Shown piece after piece: positions 25,288 to 36,431 of a stretch of 44,962 nucleotides of DNA; positions within the stretch are counted from its first letter, which is position 1, and each line of letters begins with the position of its first letter. The position numbers and the translations under genes were made by a program. The DNA lies in the NCBI GenBank assembly GCA_046759765.1, contig JBHICV010000003.1, positions 1-44,962 of the forward strand, in the 5' to 3' direction. The notes beneath the pieces were generated by a model that did no database searches, was not told the origin of the DNA, and saw only the letters and a program-made list of their open reading frames with translations. The stretch is from Acidimicrobiia bacterium (GTDB taxonomy: Bacteria > Actinomycetota > Acidimicrobiia > Spongiisociales > CAZKJJ01).

Positions 25288-26118
25288 TCACTGTCCGGCC
25301 AGGTACTCCTTCGTCGCCGCGTAAGCCTGCTCGATCCGTTCCGAGATGACCGAGAAGTCCGAATAGCGGAGCTTCGCCGGGTCGTTGTAGCGCGGCTCCG
25401 GGTCGCCGGTCGGCAGAACGTGCACTTCGATGTCTCCCGGAAGCATGGCCATGTCCCTGCTGAACCGGTGCCGGCGGGCGATCTCGAAGGCCACCATCGC
25501 CACGTCCCATGGCCGGGCTGGCGGCTCGAGCGGAGCGTCGATGTGACCGACGTGCATGACATAAATGACGCGTGTACCCAGCTCAACGGCCCGGGAGATT
25601 GGGATGCTATTGACCACGCCTCCGTCGACGTAGTGCCGACCACCGATTTCGACAGGCGGAAGCAGTCCCGGGACCGCCGAGGAGGCGAGAATTGCGGGGA
25701 TCAGAGGGCCGTGACTGAACCAGTGCTCTGCCGCGTCCTCGATACAGGCCGCGACACACTGGAACGGAACTGTCAACTCACTGAAGTCTCGCACCGGCAA
25801 GAACTCTTCGAGCATCTGTCTGAGCGGATCACTCGAATGGAGATGCGTGCGGTGTTTGATGATCGTCGTCGCTCTCGTCCAGAGCGACGACTGAAAGACC
25901 TCGGTGTTGGGTAGGTGGAGCCACGTCGACTCCAGCTTCTCCACCATCGCCGAGCTCGGCTCCGAGGCGACAGCTACCCCGTTGAAGGCGCCGACCGAGT
26001 TGCCAACGACCAAGTCGGGCAGTACTCCGGCCTCGATCAGGGCTTTGAGCATGCCCACCTCGAAAGCACCACGGTGTCCGCCTCCACCCAGCACGAACCC
26101 GATTTTGGAGCCATTCAC
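25288..26118 (-). CDS. Patatin-like phospholipase
   Basis: GGGGHRG, GNSVG (GxSxG) and DGG. Start set at GTG 26118; ATG 26130 is an alternative. Confidence 0.92.
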   Translation of the reverse strand: MNGSKIGFVLGGGGHRGAFEVGMLKALIEAGVLPDLVVGNSVGAFNGVAVASEPSSAMVEKLESTWLHLPNTEVFQSSLWTRATTIIKHRTHLHSSDPLRQMLEEFLPVRDFSELTVPFQCVAACIEDAAEHWFSHGPLIPAILASSAVPGLLPPVEIGGRHYVDGGVVNSIPISRAVELGTRVIYVMHVGHIDAPLEPPARPWDVAMVAFEIARRHRFSRDMAMLPGDIEVHVLPTGDPEPRYNDPAKLRYSDFSVISERIEQAYAATKEYLAGQ

Positions 26119-26183
26119 GCCGGCGAGCATAACCCTCGCTGCCGCGGGTCGATCGCGAAAGGTAACCTTCGCGTACAGCACTC

Positions 26184-27203
26184 ATGCTCCCTCCGCGAAT
26201 CGTCCGCCGGCTCTTCGTGGCGCCACTGGTGGCGCTGGGCGGCCTCGTCCTGATTGTCCTCTTCCCGATAGTCGTGCTCATCGCGTTGGCTTACGACCTC
26301 CTGGATCGCCATGGTCTTCGGGCCACCAGGCTGGCGACGCTTGTCTTCCTGATCACGGTTTACGAGGTCGCCGGGCTCCTAGCCCTCTTATTGCTCTGGA
26401 TCGTGAGTGGGTTCGGGCTAGCCATGAAAACGAGCCCCATGCAACGGGCTCATGTGGGCCTGTCGAGGTGGTGGTTGAACGGAGTAACGAGGTCGATCCG
26501 CGGCCTGCTCGGAGTCCGCATCTCTTATGAGCAGCAAACCAGAGCCACCGGCCCCGTAATGGTCTTTAGTCGTCATGGCGGTCCGGCCGATTCGGTGTTC
26601 CTGGCCCGCACTCTGCTGGTCGAGTTCAGCCGCCAGCCACGAATCGTGGCCAAGAGAGAGTTGCAGTGGGCGCCCTTCATGGACACAGTTTGCAACCGCC
26701 TCCCGAACCATTTCGTCGATCGCAAACCGAAAGATCGGCAACACGAGCTCGACGCAATCGAGCAGCTGGCCGCCAGCATCGACGACACCGGAGCTCTGAT
26801 CCTCTTTCCGGAGGGAGGCAACTTCACCGCCAGACGTAGGGACCGGGCCATAGCCAGCCTCCGCGGCAAGGGCAACAAGACGCAGGCGGCCTGGGCCACG
26901 CAGATGCCCAACCTGATCGCCCCGCGCCCCGGCGGAGCGTTAGCGGCCATGCGGGGCGCACCCGCCGCCGAGGTCGTATTCGTTGCTCACTCCGGGCTCG
27001 AGGACCTGCAGTCCGTGCGCGACATCTGGGAGGCTCTGCCTCTAAACCGAACCCTCAAAGGTCATTACTGGCGAACTACCCCCGAAGAGAGACCCACCGA
27101 CCTGGACCAGCAAGTTGCGTGGCTGTACCGGTGGTGGGCGCAGATCGATCTCTGGATCGAGAAGAACCGGCCCGAAGACGTCACGCCGGCGCCCCCAGTC
27201 TGA
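26184..27203 (+). CDS. PlsC-family lysophospholipid acyltransferase
   Basis: HGGPAD (HX4D), AKREL and FPEGG; N-terminal TMs. Confidence 0.88.
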   Translation: MLPPRIVRRLFVAPLVALGGLVLIVLFPIVVLIALAYDLLDRHGLRATRLATLVFLITVYEVAGLLALLLLWIVSGFGLAMKTSPMQRAHVGLSRWWLNGVTRSIRGLLGVRISYEQQTRATGPVMVFSRHGGPADSVFLARTLLVEFSRQPRIVAKRELQWAPFMDTVCNRLPNHFVDRKPKDRQHELDAIEQLAASIDDTGALILFPEGGNFTARRRDRAIASLRGKGNKTQAAWATQMPNLIAPRPGGALAAMRGAPAAEVVFVAHSGLEDLQSVRDIWEALPLNRTLKGHYWRTTPEERPTDLDQQVAWLYRWWAQIDLWIEKNRPEDVTPAPPV

Positions 27204-27228
27204 TCTCGGGCACGGGTACGCTCTCCCG

Positions 27229-28077
27229 ATGGGCGCTCCTGATCCCGGCTTCTTCGGGCCGGCCAGCATCACCTGGCGTGTGAACCAGGAGATAACCGTG
27301 CTCTTCGGCGGAGCACGAGCACTGCTCATGCACGCCGCTCATCCGCTGGTCGCGGCCGGCGCACGGCAGACCGCCATGTACCAGAGAGATCCATGGGCCC
27401 GGCTACTTCGAACCATCCAGCTCCAGAGTGCGGTCACCTTCGGTAGGAAGGAGGACGCTAAAGAGGCCGCCGATCGCATAAATCAACTCCACCGACGGGT
27501 ACATGGTGTCGACTCAGCCACTGGCGAGCGTTACGACGCGCTCGACCCTGGGCTATTGCTGTGGGTTCATGCCGCGCTCGAGGTCTCCTCGCTTTACTTC
27601 TACGAGCGAACGGTGCAGCCCCTTTCGGAGGCTGAAAGGCAGGCTTACCACGAGGAAGGATTCGTTGCCGCCGAGCTGGTCCTCCTCCCTGCCAGCTGCA
27701 TCCCACCGACGATCGGCGAGCTCGAGACTTACGTGGGCGACACGATCGCGTCCGACCGCCTCCTGCTAACAGATGTTGCCCGAGATGTGGCCCGCATGGT
27801 CCGCTCTGGACCGGTCCCGCTCCACATCAGGCCGCTGTGGAGATTCATCTCATTCGCGGCCTTCGGAACGCTGCCCGAGCCGCTCCGCGACCTTTATGAG
27901 GTGAAGTGGTCGTTGGCGCAGTCTTTGCTGCTGGACGCGAACCTGCGGCTGGTACAACGCGGGAGGCCGTGGCTGCCGCGGCGCTTCAGGTTGATCAAGC
28001 CGGCCCTCTGGGCCAGCGAACGCCTGGAGCAGCCCAAGGAAGGCTTGGGCGCTCCCAGCTCGGCCCTGATCCGATAA
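27229..28077 (+). CDS. MpaB/DUF2236-family ER-bound oxygenase-like protein
   Basis: GFFGPASITWRV, ALLMHAAHPLVAAG, INQLHRRVHG and YDALDP.LLLWVHA. Confidence 0.88.
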   Translation: MGAPDPGFFGPASITWRVNQEITVLFGGARALLMHAAHPLVAAGARQTAMYQRDPWARLLRTIQLQSAVTFGRKEDAKEAADRINQLHRRVHGVDSATGERYDALDPGLLLWVHAALEVSSLYFYERTVQPLSEAERQAYHEEGFVAAELVLLPASCIPPTIGELETYVGDTIASDRLLLTDVARDVARMVRSGPVPLHIRPLWRFISFAAFGTLPEPLRDLYEVKWSLAQSLLLDANLRLVQRGRPWLPRRFRLIKPALWASERLEQPKEGLGAPSSALIR

Positions 28078-28200
28078 CGCCGAGTCGAACAAAAGCATCC
28101 CGACGTGGTTTTCGGGTTGCTACCACCGATCGCCCATATAGCCTGATTTTCGCGAACCGGAAGAGTCCGGTTCACGTTTAGGGGATGAGGAAGCGGGGAG

Positions 28201-29775
28201 GTGCCGATGGGGGCGCAGGCCCAGGCTGCGGGCTTGATAGTTCCGCGCCCATCGTGGCTCTCGCATCCCAGCATTGCGGTGGCCGGCTCCGCGGTCCTGC
28301 CCGGGCTCGGTCAGGTCTTCGCAGGTCGTTGGGGCCGAGGCCTGGCGCTCATGACTCCGACTGTCGTGATCGGCGTGGGGTTGGGCGGGTTGGCGGCGCG
28401 AGGCCGTGGAGACATCATCGGGCTGCTTCTCACCCCCGACTTTCTTTGGGGGGTCTTCGTAGCGGACATGCTTGTACTCGCTTGGCGGCTGTTCGCCATT
28501 TTTGACGCCTATCAGCTGGCCCGGCATCAGCATCCGGGACCGCCGGGAGCTGTGGCCGCCGGTACCTTGTCGACAGCGGCGCTCTTCGTGGCCGTGCCCC
28601 ACCTGCTGCTTGGGTCCTCGGCGCTCGCGGCGGCAGATCTGGTGACTTCGGTCTTTCAGCCGGCACCGGTTTCGGTGGCGGCACCGGCGACCACGCAACC
28701 CGCACGGGTTCTCGGTCAGAGCGTTACCACGCCGGCCACGACGTTGCCCCCGACGACGACCCTCCCGCCCACTTCGACCGCTCCCCCCACAACGATCCCG
28801 GGCTCTTTCGTGGCCGGCATTCCTCCACCTCCCATATTCGCCGAGACGCAGGAGATGGCGGCGGCTATTGCCGAGATCAATCCGATGTCGGGCGTAGATC
28901 GCATCACAGTCCTCTTGGCGGGCAGGGATGCCGGGCCGGGCCGCGGCGGCGGAAGGACCGACGCAATGATGGTCGTCAGCTTGGACATTCACACGGGCCA
29001 AGCGCTGATGTTCGGTTTCCCGCGCAACATGTCCTGGGTGCCGCTGCCCACCTGGCTGCAGGACACCTTCGATCCGGAATGCAAGTGCTTTCCCGAGCAG
29101 CTGAACCACCTCTATGTCCGGACGAAGGACTGGACAGAGACATTCCCGAACGAGGTCGACCCCGGCATGGCAGCGCTGAGGGAAGTGCTCGAGCACCTGA
29201 TGGGGATTCCGATCGACTACTACGTCCGAGTCGATATGAGAGGGTTCGCGGAACTGATCGACGCCCTCGGTGGTGTCACCGTCTACGCCCGCGCCTCGAT
29301 CGAGGACCGAGTCTCGCCCGTTCGCGAAGAGGAGGAGTGGATCGAGGTCAGCGTCACTCCGGGACGGAACCATCTCCACGGCAGGGAAGCCCTTGCTTAC
29401 GTCCGTTCCCGCTATGGCAGCTCGGACTACAACCGGATGGCCCGCCAGCGCTGTGTACTCAGCGCGCTGGCGGCTAGAGCGGATCCGCTCAGGGTGGCCG
29501 CGCGGCTTCCGAGAATCGCCAAGGCGATCAAGTGGCACACCGTTACCGACATCGACTTGGCGCTTCTGCCCGTCTTGGCTACGCACGCCGCCCGCATCGA
29601 TGCTGAAGACGTAGCCACGGTCGGCTTCGTGCCCGACTATTACGTCGCGGAGGTGATCGACGGCCGGTGGGCACCCGACGTCGAGAGAATCCGGCGGACC
29701 GTCGACGACATGTTGAGAGGCGACTATCGGTCGATCCTCGTGACGAGCGGAGGCCAGAGCGAATGTGGCCCATGA
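28201..29775 (+). CDS. LCP (LytR-CpsA-Psr) family glycopolymer transferase
   Basis: LLAGRD, RTDAMM, FPRN, IDYYV and ALAYVRSR..SDYNRMARQ; N-terminal TMs. Confidence 0.92.
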   Translation: MPMGAQAQAAGLIVPRPSWLSHPSIAVAGSAVLPGLGQVFAGRWGRGLALMTPTVVIGVGLGGLAARGRGDIIGLLLTPDFLWGVFVADMLVLAWRLFAIFDAYQLARHQHPGPPGAVAAGTLSTAALFVAVPHLLLGSSALAAADLVTSVFQPAPVSVAAPATTQPARVLGQSVTTPATTLPPTTTLPPTSTAPPTTIPGSFVAGIPPPPIFAETQEMAAAIAEINPMSGVDRITVLLAGRDAGPGRGGGRTDAMMVVSLDIHTGQALMFGFPRNMSWVPLPTWLQDTFDPECKCFPEQLNHLYVRTKDWTETFPNEVDPGMAALREVLEHLMGIPIDYYVRVDMRGFAELIDALGGVTVYARASIEDRVSPVREEEEWIEVSVTPGRNHLHGREALAYVRSRYGSSDYNRMARQRCVLSALAARADPLRVAARLPRIAKAIKWHTVTDIDLALLPVLATHAARIDAEDVATVGFVPDYYVAEVIDGRWAPDVERIRRTVDDMLRGDYRSILVTSGGQSECGP

Positions 29776-29816
29776 GCCCGGCTAGGTTGGCCCCGATTTC
29801 CTAGGAAGAGGCTCGG

Positions 29817-30455
29817 GTGGAGGCAGCAGATGCCCGACTTGTCGGTTTCGTGCTCCTCTCCATCGTGATCGGAGTCGTCGTGGAGGCCATAGGGTCCGGC
29901 CGCGGGAAGTTCACTTCCGCCTTTTGGAGACTGCCGCTCGACGACAAACTCGACCACATCGCTCAGCATCGCAACGAGTGGTGGCTGATGGGCAGCACTT
30001 GGGTGGCGATCCTCGGGGTATTGACCGCGGGGATGGTGGGTCTCGCCTGGCTGTTGGCTGCGTCGGGACAAGGAACGCTCGCCTGGGTCAGCTTGGGCGC
30101 CTATCTGATAGGTGTCGGCGCCTGGCTTTGGGGGATCTTCGTGCAGACGCCGGTCACCTGGACGGCCGCCTCGCAGCGGCGAGAGACCGGCTCCACGCCG
30201 GGGTGGCTCCAACCATTCTGGCTGGCCGCGTTCATGGCCGAGCTCAGCTTCTTGATCCTCACCAACCTCGCCTACGCGGGGATGGGGGTGGCGATCATCG
30301 CCTCCAGCTTTCCTGCCGTATGGGCAGGATGGGTTGCAGTCGGCCTCGGTGTACTTATACCGGTAGGGGTCGTGATCAGCCGCGCCGGCTTCCCCCATCT
30401 TGCGCTGATGGCACCGATCGTGTTCGCAGTGGCCCTCCTGATCGAAGGGTTCTGA
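29817..30455 (+). CDS. Hypothetical membrane protein (about 6 TM)
   Basis: Hydrophobic helices; fills the gap between neighbours. Confidence 0.7.
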   Translation: MEAADARLVGFVLLSIVIGVVVEAIGSGRGKFTSAFWRLPLDDKLDHIAQHRNEWWLMGSTWVAILGVLTAGMVGLAWLLAASGQGTLAWVSLGAYLIGVGAWLWGIFVQTPVTWTAASQRRETGSTPGWLQPFWLAAFMAELSFLILTNLAYAGMGVAIIASSFPAVWAGWVAVGLGVLIPVGVVISRAGFPHLALMAPIVFAVALLIEGF

Positions 30456-30481
30456 GCCGCCGGCTTGAAGAGGGCCGTGTG

Positions 30482-31201
30482 TTACTTGAGGCTCCGGCCT
30501 CCCCCGATCACGTGTACGGCGCCCGTTACGTAGGAGGACTCCTCTGAGAGAAGAAAGGCCACTAAGTCGGCGATCTCCTGCGGCTTGGCCATCCGCCCCA
30601 GCGGTACAGCCTCGATCAGCTTGCGGCGGACGTCCCCTGGAATCTTCATCGTCATCTCAGTAGCGACGAGGCCAGGTGCGATTGCGTTGACGCGAATACC
30701 GGGTGCCAGCTCGAGGGCCAGGGCCCTGGTCATACCGACCAGGCCGCCTTTCGACAGTGAATAGTTGAACTGACCGAAATTGCCGAGATAGGAGCGGGAA
30801 CTGATGCTGACGATCGAGCCGCCGTCCGAAATCCTCGGGAGAAGCTCCCGCGTCAACTGATAGGCGGCGCCGAGGTTTACCTCCACGACCGCTTCGAACT
30901 CCGCGCGGGTCATGTTGACGAGCCGAGCATCACGCGTGATCCCGGCGTTGTTGACTATTCCCCACAGCGAACCCTCGAACTCGGCCACGGCCAAGGAGAC
31001 CGCACTCCTTCCTTCGGGCTCCGTGAGATCTACTGCGACCGGCAGCACGCTGGCCCCGGCTTCCGCCACGGCGGCGGCGGTTTCCTCGACAGCCTCGTCC
31101 CGGTCGGCCAGCACGAGCGCATAGCCAGCCCGAGCGAGCTGCTCTGCGGTGGCGCGGCCGATCCCGACGGCTGCTCCCGTTACCACCACTACTCCGTTCA
31201 C
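30482..31201 (-). CDS. SDR oxidoreductase, 3-oxoacyl-thioester reductase (FabG-like)
   Basis: VTGAAVGIG, NNAGITRD, GQFNYSLSK and NAIAPG; GTG start overlaps the upstream TGA. Confidence 0.92.
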   Translation of the reverse strand: MNGVVVVTGAAVGIGRATAEQLARAGYALVLADRDEAVEETAAAVAEAGASVLPVAVDLTEPEGRSAVSLAVAEFEGSLWGIVNNAGITRDARLVNMTRAEFEAVVEVNLGAAYQLTRELLPRISDGGSIVSISSRSYLGNFGQFNYSLSKGGLVGMTRALALELAPGIRVNAIAPGLVATEMTMKIPGDVRRKLIEAVPLGRMAKPQEIADLVAFLLSEESSYVTGAVHVIGGGRSLK

Positions 31202-31659
31202 GGCAGAGCTTTCCCTACGTGTCCTGCGCCCAGGCGAACGACTTCTCCGCTGGGCCCACCCGCCTCTAGGAGTCGTCGGGCCCAGCGTGCGACGAGCTCG
31301 GGCGGAGACGCCGGCTCGGTGGCCAGTACGTTGGCGGCGATCCCCTGTTTGCGGGTCTCGAACGCCAGGGTGCGAGCTCCGGAAAGCAGACCGCAGGCCA
31401 CCATTGCCCGCCCTGCTCCGAGCTGTCCGAGTAGATCCGCTGCCTGGACTATGTACGTAACCGGGCCGCCTGCGCGGGCGGCCTGCTGAGTCAGCTCGAA
31501 GGCTTGGCTCAGCTCGGCCGCGATATCGCTCCATGCGTCCGTGACTGCGGACGGCACCAGTACCAGGCCCTTGTCGATGGCAGCCGGCGTGATTTCCGAG
31601 GCGAGGGCCTCGCGCAGAGTTTCGTAGTCGTCCGGAACCTGCAGGAAAGCCTCGGTCAC
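31198..31659 (-). CDS. Degenerate SDR-like protein lacking NAD-binding and catalytic motifs
   Basis: GLLSGARTLAFETRKQGIAANVLA parallels GLVGMTRALALELAPGIRVNAIA of the neighbour; GTGA overlaps at both ends. Confidence 0.7.
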   Translation of the reverse strand: MTEAFLQVPDDYETLREALASEITPAAIDKGLVLVPSAVTDAWSDIAAELSQAFELTQQAARAGGPVTYIVQAADLLGQLGAGRAMVACGLLSGARTLAFETRKQGIAANVLATEPASPPELVARWARRLLEAGGPSGEVVRLGAGHVGKALP

Positions 31660-32894
31660 GACATCGGTCCCGCCACCAGACCTGCTGCTAGGAGGTCCTC
31701 GATCTCCTGCGTGGGACACCCGAGCTCCTCGAGCACTTCACGACTGTGCTGTCCGAGGGCGGGAGGCGGCCGGTCGGCGATTGCCTTGCCGCCGTCTAAC
31801 CACAGGGGCGAGCCTTGAACTGTCACCCATCCGGCCCGCGCGTGGTGGTAGGTGACCTCCATCTCGCTGTGGACAGTCTGTGCATCGGAGAAGACCTCCT
31901 CGAAGCTCATGATCCTCCCTGCCGGCAGTCCCGCCGCGGAGAGTCGCTCGAGCCAGGCCTCGGTGGTCTCGGTACGGAGCACGGCTTCCACGATCGCCGC
32001 CAGGCGCTCCCGATTGGCGCCTCGCAAGTCGTTGGTGGAGAAGTCGGGGTCTTGGGCCACGACCTCCGGCAGTTCCAGGGTTTCGCATAGTCGCTGCCAG
32101 TGGCGATTGCTGACTATGGCCAGCAACAGCCATCCATCGGAGGTTCGGAAGGCTTGGGTCGGCGCCGTGAAAGGCGATGCAGTTCCGACGCGCGGAGGCT
32201 GGCGGCCGGTGGCGAAATAGAGCGCGTTCCATGTTGCCTGCATGGCGATGAGCCCGTCACGAAGGGAGATGTCGATCCGGCGTCCCCGTCCCGAGGACTC
32301 CTCGCTCCGAAGCGCAGCCGAGATGGCAAGGGCGGCGTTAGTTCCTGCGTAGACATCGGCGACGTTGGTGGCCGTCTTCTGTGGCTCCTGGCCCTCTTCG
32401 CCGGTGATGCTGATCATGCCCGACTCACCTTGGAAGATCAGGTCGATACCCGCACGGTCCGACCCCGGACCGTCCGGGCCGAAAGCCGAAATCGCGCAGT
32501 AGATCAAAGAGGGGTTAGAAGGCGCCAAGTCGTCGTAGCCCAGTCCCAGGCGCTCGGCCACTCCCTTGCGGAAGTTGTGCACGAGAACGTCGGAGCTGCC
32601 TATCAGCTCCAGTACCCACCTATGGGCGCCTTCGTCCGTGACATCCACGGCCACACTTCGTTTTCCTCGATTTACGGACAGGAAGAAACCGCTCTCGTCC
32701 TTGAGAAACGGGCCGAGCTGCCGCGACATGTCTCCCTCGACGGGTTCCACCTTCGTGACGTCTGCGCCCAGGTCGGCCAGCAGCATTCCGCAGAAGGGAG
32801 CCGCCACCAGGTTGCCAAACTCGACGACGCGGACACCCTCCAGGGGCGGTGGAGTCGTGTCGGTGGGTTCTCCGGCGGTCACGCCGGGCGACAA
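31656..32894 (-). CDS. CaiB/BaiF family III CoA-transferase
   Basis: LEGVRVVE, LLADLGADVTKVEP, NRGKRS, HNFRKG and SAFGPDGP. Confidence 0.93.
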   Translation of the reverse strand: MSPGVTAGEPTDTTPPPLEGVRVVEFGNLVAAPFCGMLLADLGADVTKVEPVEGDMSRQLGPFLKDESGFFLSVNRGKRSVAVDVTDEGAHRWVLELIGSSDVLVHNFRKGVAERLGLGYDDLAPSNPSLIYCAISAFGPDGPGSDRAGIDLIFQGESGMISITGEEGQEPQKTATNVADVYAGTNAALAISAALRSEESSGRGRRIDISLRDGLIAMQATWNALYFATGRQPPRVGTASPFTAPTQAFRTSDGWLLLAIVSNRHWQRLCETLELPEVVAQDPDFSTNDLRGANRERLAAIVEAVLRTETTEAWLERLSAAGLPAGRIMSFEEVFSDAQTVHSEMEVTYHHARAGWVTVQGSPLWLDGGKAIADRPPPALGQHSREVLEELGCPTQEIEDLLAAGLVAGPMS

Positions 32895-32913
32895 TAGCGC
32901 TGGGGTTCATCTC

Positions 32914-33022
32914 GTTCTTGTGACGGGAAACAACCGTATAGGTAGTTAGACGTCACATGAACAGGCCGCCTTATTTCTTGTGGCGCGCGACGACGGTATG
33001 GGTAGCTAAACGTCACAAGAAC
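32914..33022. repeat. Tandem pair of 49-bp hairpin elements (60-bp period)
   Basis: 32914-32962 GTTCTTGTGACG...CGTCACATGAAC; 32974-33022 TTTCTTGTGGCG...CGTCACAAGAAC. Confidence 0.8.
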
Positions 33023-33037
33023 CAGGGACCGATCGGG

Positions 33038-34246
<1,209 letters not shown>

Positions 34247-34357
34247 CTCGCGCTCGCCCTTAGGGTAGACGGTGGCACGACGGGCGTCCCGGGGTTCTTC
34301 CGTGGCTGCGGAAAGCTGCCCTGTTGGTGCCGTTCATCCGAGTGTGCGACTCAAGGC

Positions 34358-35362
34358 TTACGCGGTCACCCCCTCGTCGAGTCCCCGGGGCTCGAGGACC
34401 TCCCAACCCTCGTCGGCAAAGGAGCCGCGCACGTTGAAGAGAACACCGTCAATAGTGGCGGCAAATCCGAGGCACGGGAGCGAGCGCTGGCCGAGATCCC
34501 AGTCCGTCTCGGGAAGAAGGAGCGGCACCGTGAATGCCCTCACGAGCAGCGGGTCGACCGTAAAGGACGCCAGCTCGACTAGTTGTTCGTTGCACGTCTG
34601 CTCGAGGAAGCTGAGCAGTTCGACCTCCCCCGGGAAGGGCTCTCCATCGACGGCGGGGTGGACGGCTACGCCGACGTGCTCGAAGGAGTGCTCGTCCTCG
34701 CAGGGTATAGGTGGGGAGGTTCGGATCGAAGAAGCGTCGCTGTCCAGACAGGCGCCTTCCGGGAGCTCCCAGCGGAACGAATCAGGATCTTCGAAGATCG
34801 AGCCCTCCCGGACCAGGTACTCAGCGTCAGACAGGTTCTGGTATACGACGCAGGCGTGATAGCGCTCACCAACCGCCCACTCCGCCTCGTCGGGGAGATA
34901 CAAGACTGGCTCGAGCGTCGATGTCGATGCCAGGAAGCCCACTTGCGTGGAGAATTCGCGGTAGCAGATGTCCCACAGCTCGTCGGCCAGCTGCTCCGGA
35001 TACGGCGCCTCCGGAGGCTCCTCGCGCATAGAGGTGAAAAAGACCTCGTGCGTATGGGGCTCGCTACAAGCAACCACCAACCGGCTGCCATAGGGAGCAT
35101 GTGGCAACCGAGCGCTCGTATCAGGACCGAGGTTGACGCAATCGCCTGCCTGCCAAAGGTATACGTCCGTGCGGATAGTGGTGGGTGGCGACGTCGGAGG
35201 CGTCGTCTCCTCCACGGGCGGCTCGGTGGCGGGGGTCTCCGGCTCTGAGGTTGGGGGAGGCAATGTAAACGGGGACTCAGTGGTCGCCGTCCCACCTGAG
35301 CAGGCTGCCAAAACCAGCAATGTCGCACCCAGCACCGGCACCCACCTGCCGTTCTTACTCAC
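34358..35362 (-). CDS. Septum-formation family lipoprotein
   Basis: Lipobox LAAC, P/T linker, and two repeats GDC...CSEPHTHEV...C / GAC...CEDEHSFE...C. Confidence 0.8.
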   Translation of the reverse strand: MSKNGRWVPVLGATLLVLAACSGGTATTESPFTLPPPTSEPETPATEPPVEETTPPTSPPTTIRTDVYLWQAGDCVNLGPDTSARLPHAPYGSRLVVACSEPHTHEVFFTSMREEPPEAPYPEQLADELWDICYREFSTQVGFLASTSTLEPVLYLPDEAEWAVGERYHACVVYQNLSDAEYLVREGSIFEDPDSFRWELPEGACLDSDASSIRTSPPIPCEDEHSFEHVGVAVHPAVDGEPFPGEVELLSFLEQTCNEQLVELASFTVDPLLVRAFTVPLLLPETDWDLGQRSLPCLGFAATIDGVLFNVRGSFADEGWEVLEPRGLDEGVTA

Positions 35363-35756
35363 TGAATGCCTCCCGTATGAAGCTGGGGAGCGGAACAGGG
35401 CGGCCCGTCTCGGCATCCAGCGTCACGTATACCTCGTGACCGGAGGCGACCAGACGCGCCGAGGTCTCCTCTGTTATCTCGAAATCAAAGCGCAGCGAGG
35501 TACGACCAAAGTCACCCGCCTGCACGGTCGTCACGAGCGTCTCGCCAATCCTCCCCGCCGAGCGAAAGTCGCACTCCGCGTGCGCGACTACGGGCTCAAC
35601 CCCCTTCGATGCCATCGTGTCGTGTGGAAGCCCCACCTGCTCGAAGAAGTCGGTCAGAGCATCGTCGACGTAGACCAGATAGTTGGCATTGAAAACAATG
35701 CCCTGCGGATCCGTGTCGGAGTATCGGACCTTCCGACGATAACTAACAGACGGCAC
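35355..35756 (-). CDS. Acyl-CoA thioesterase (4HBT/YbgC family)
   Basis: VRYSDTDPQGIVFNANYL and GRTSL. Confidence 0.92.
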   Translation of the reverse strand: MPSVSYRRKVRYSDTDPQGIVFNANYLVYVDDALTDFFEQVGLPHDTMASKGVEPVVAHAECDFRSAGRIGETLVTTVQAGDFGRTSLRFDFEITEETSARLVASGHEVYVTLDAETGRPVPLPSFIREAFSE

Positions 35757-35887
35757 GCCACAACTCCATCAGCCGTTGGCGCGAAGATACCTCAGTCTGG
35801 AAATTGCCCAAGACCTAGACGACTTACGCCGCGCCATATACGTTGTCGCCTATAGGCTTATGACAGGACGAGAAGAGAGGGGGTGAC

Positions 35888-36358
35888 GTGGTGACTCTCC
35901 AGCTTGACGGTCCGCCCGGCACGCTAGCCGGCCGGCCCGTTCGGTTCTGTACTGTGTGCTGCCGCTTCAACCCGCTGCCGGGGTCCCTGTGTCCCACGTG
36001 CCGGGACACACGACGACAGCACGTTGTCGCTCCGGCCCTCTCCATATCGCTCCGGCGCCGATTCCGCTACGTGGCGAAGATCCTGGTTTCGTTCCTTGTC
36101 CTGGCTCTGGTTGCCAGCGCCGTGATAGCCGGAACGGGTGGCGCGCTGCTGGCAGTGGGCTTCTATATCACTATCTCGGCCATCGTGCTTGCGATCGGCA
36201 GGTCCGTGAGCCGGCGAAGCAAGTGTAAGGAATGCGGCTCCTACGGCGCCAACACGCCCAGCCCGGTTGAAGCCAGTCCCGGGGTGCCGCTGGTGGTTGG
36301 CGCCGATCACCTGCGGTGCGCCTCGTGCGGGGCGTTAGCCGCGTCACCCACTTCGTAG
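35888..36358 (+). CDS. Hypothetical two-TM protein with four CxxC motifs
   Basis: CTVC, CPTC, two TM helices, CKEC, CASC. Confidence 0.6.
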   Translation: MVTLQLDGPPGTLAGRPVRFCTVCCRFNPLPGSLCPTCRDTRRQHVVAPALSISLRRRFRYVAKILVSFLVLALVASAVIAGTGGALLAVGFYITISAIVLAIGRSVSRRSKCKECGSYGANTPSPVEASPGVPLVVGADHLRCASCGALAASPTS

Positions 36359-36431
36359 ACGCCCGGCTACCGTTTCCCGCGGCGAAGCAGGGACGAAAAC
36401 CAGGTCAGAGTCGGCCGGTTAGCCTGACCAG

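Noticed and set aside
28120-29586. 488-aa minus-strand ORF, and similar long ORFs at 9179-10261, 21510-22616 and 286-621
   Set aside because: Antisense shadows of well-supported genes in high-GC DNA; no motifs
33006-33013. Extra copy of the NXR operator (CTAAACGT)
   Set aside because: Only a partial match, embedded in the 49-bp repeat; not palindromic
32914-33022. Integron attC sites
   Set aside because: No proper RYYYAAC/GTTRRRY cores, no integrase, and the flanking genes are a housekeeping operon rather than cassettes
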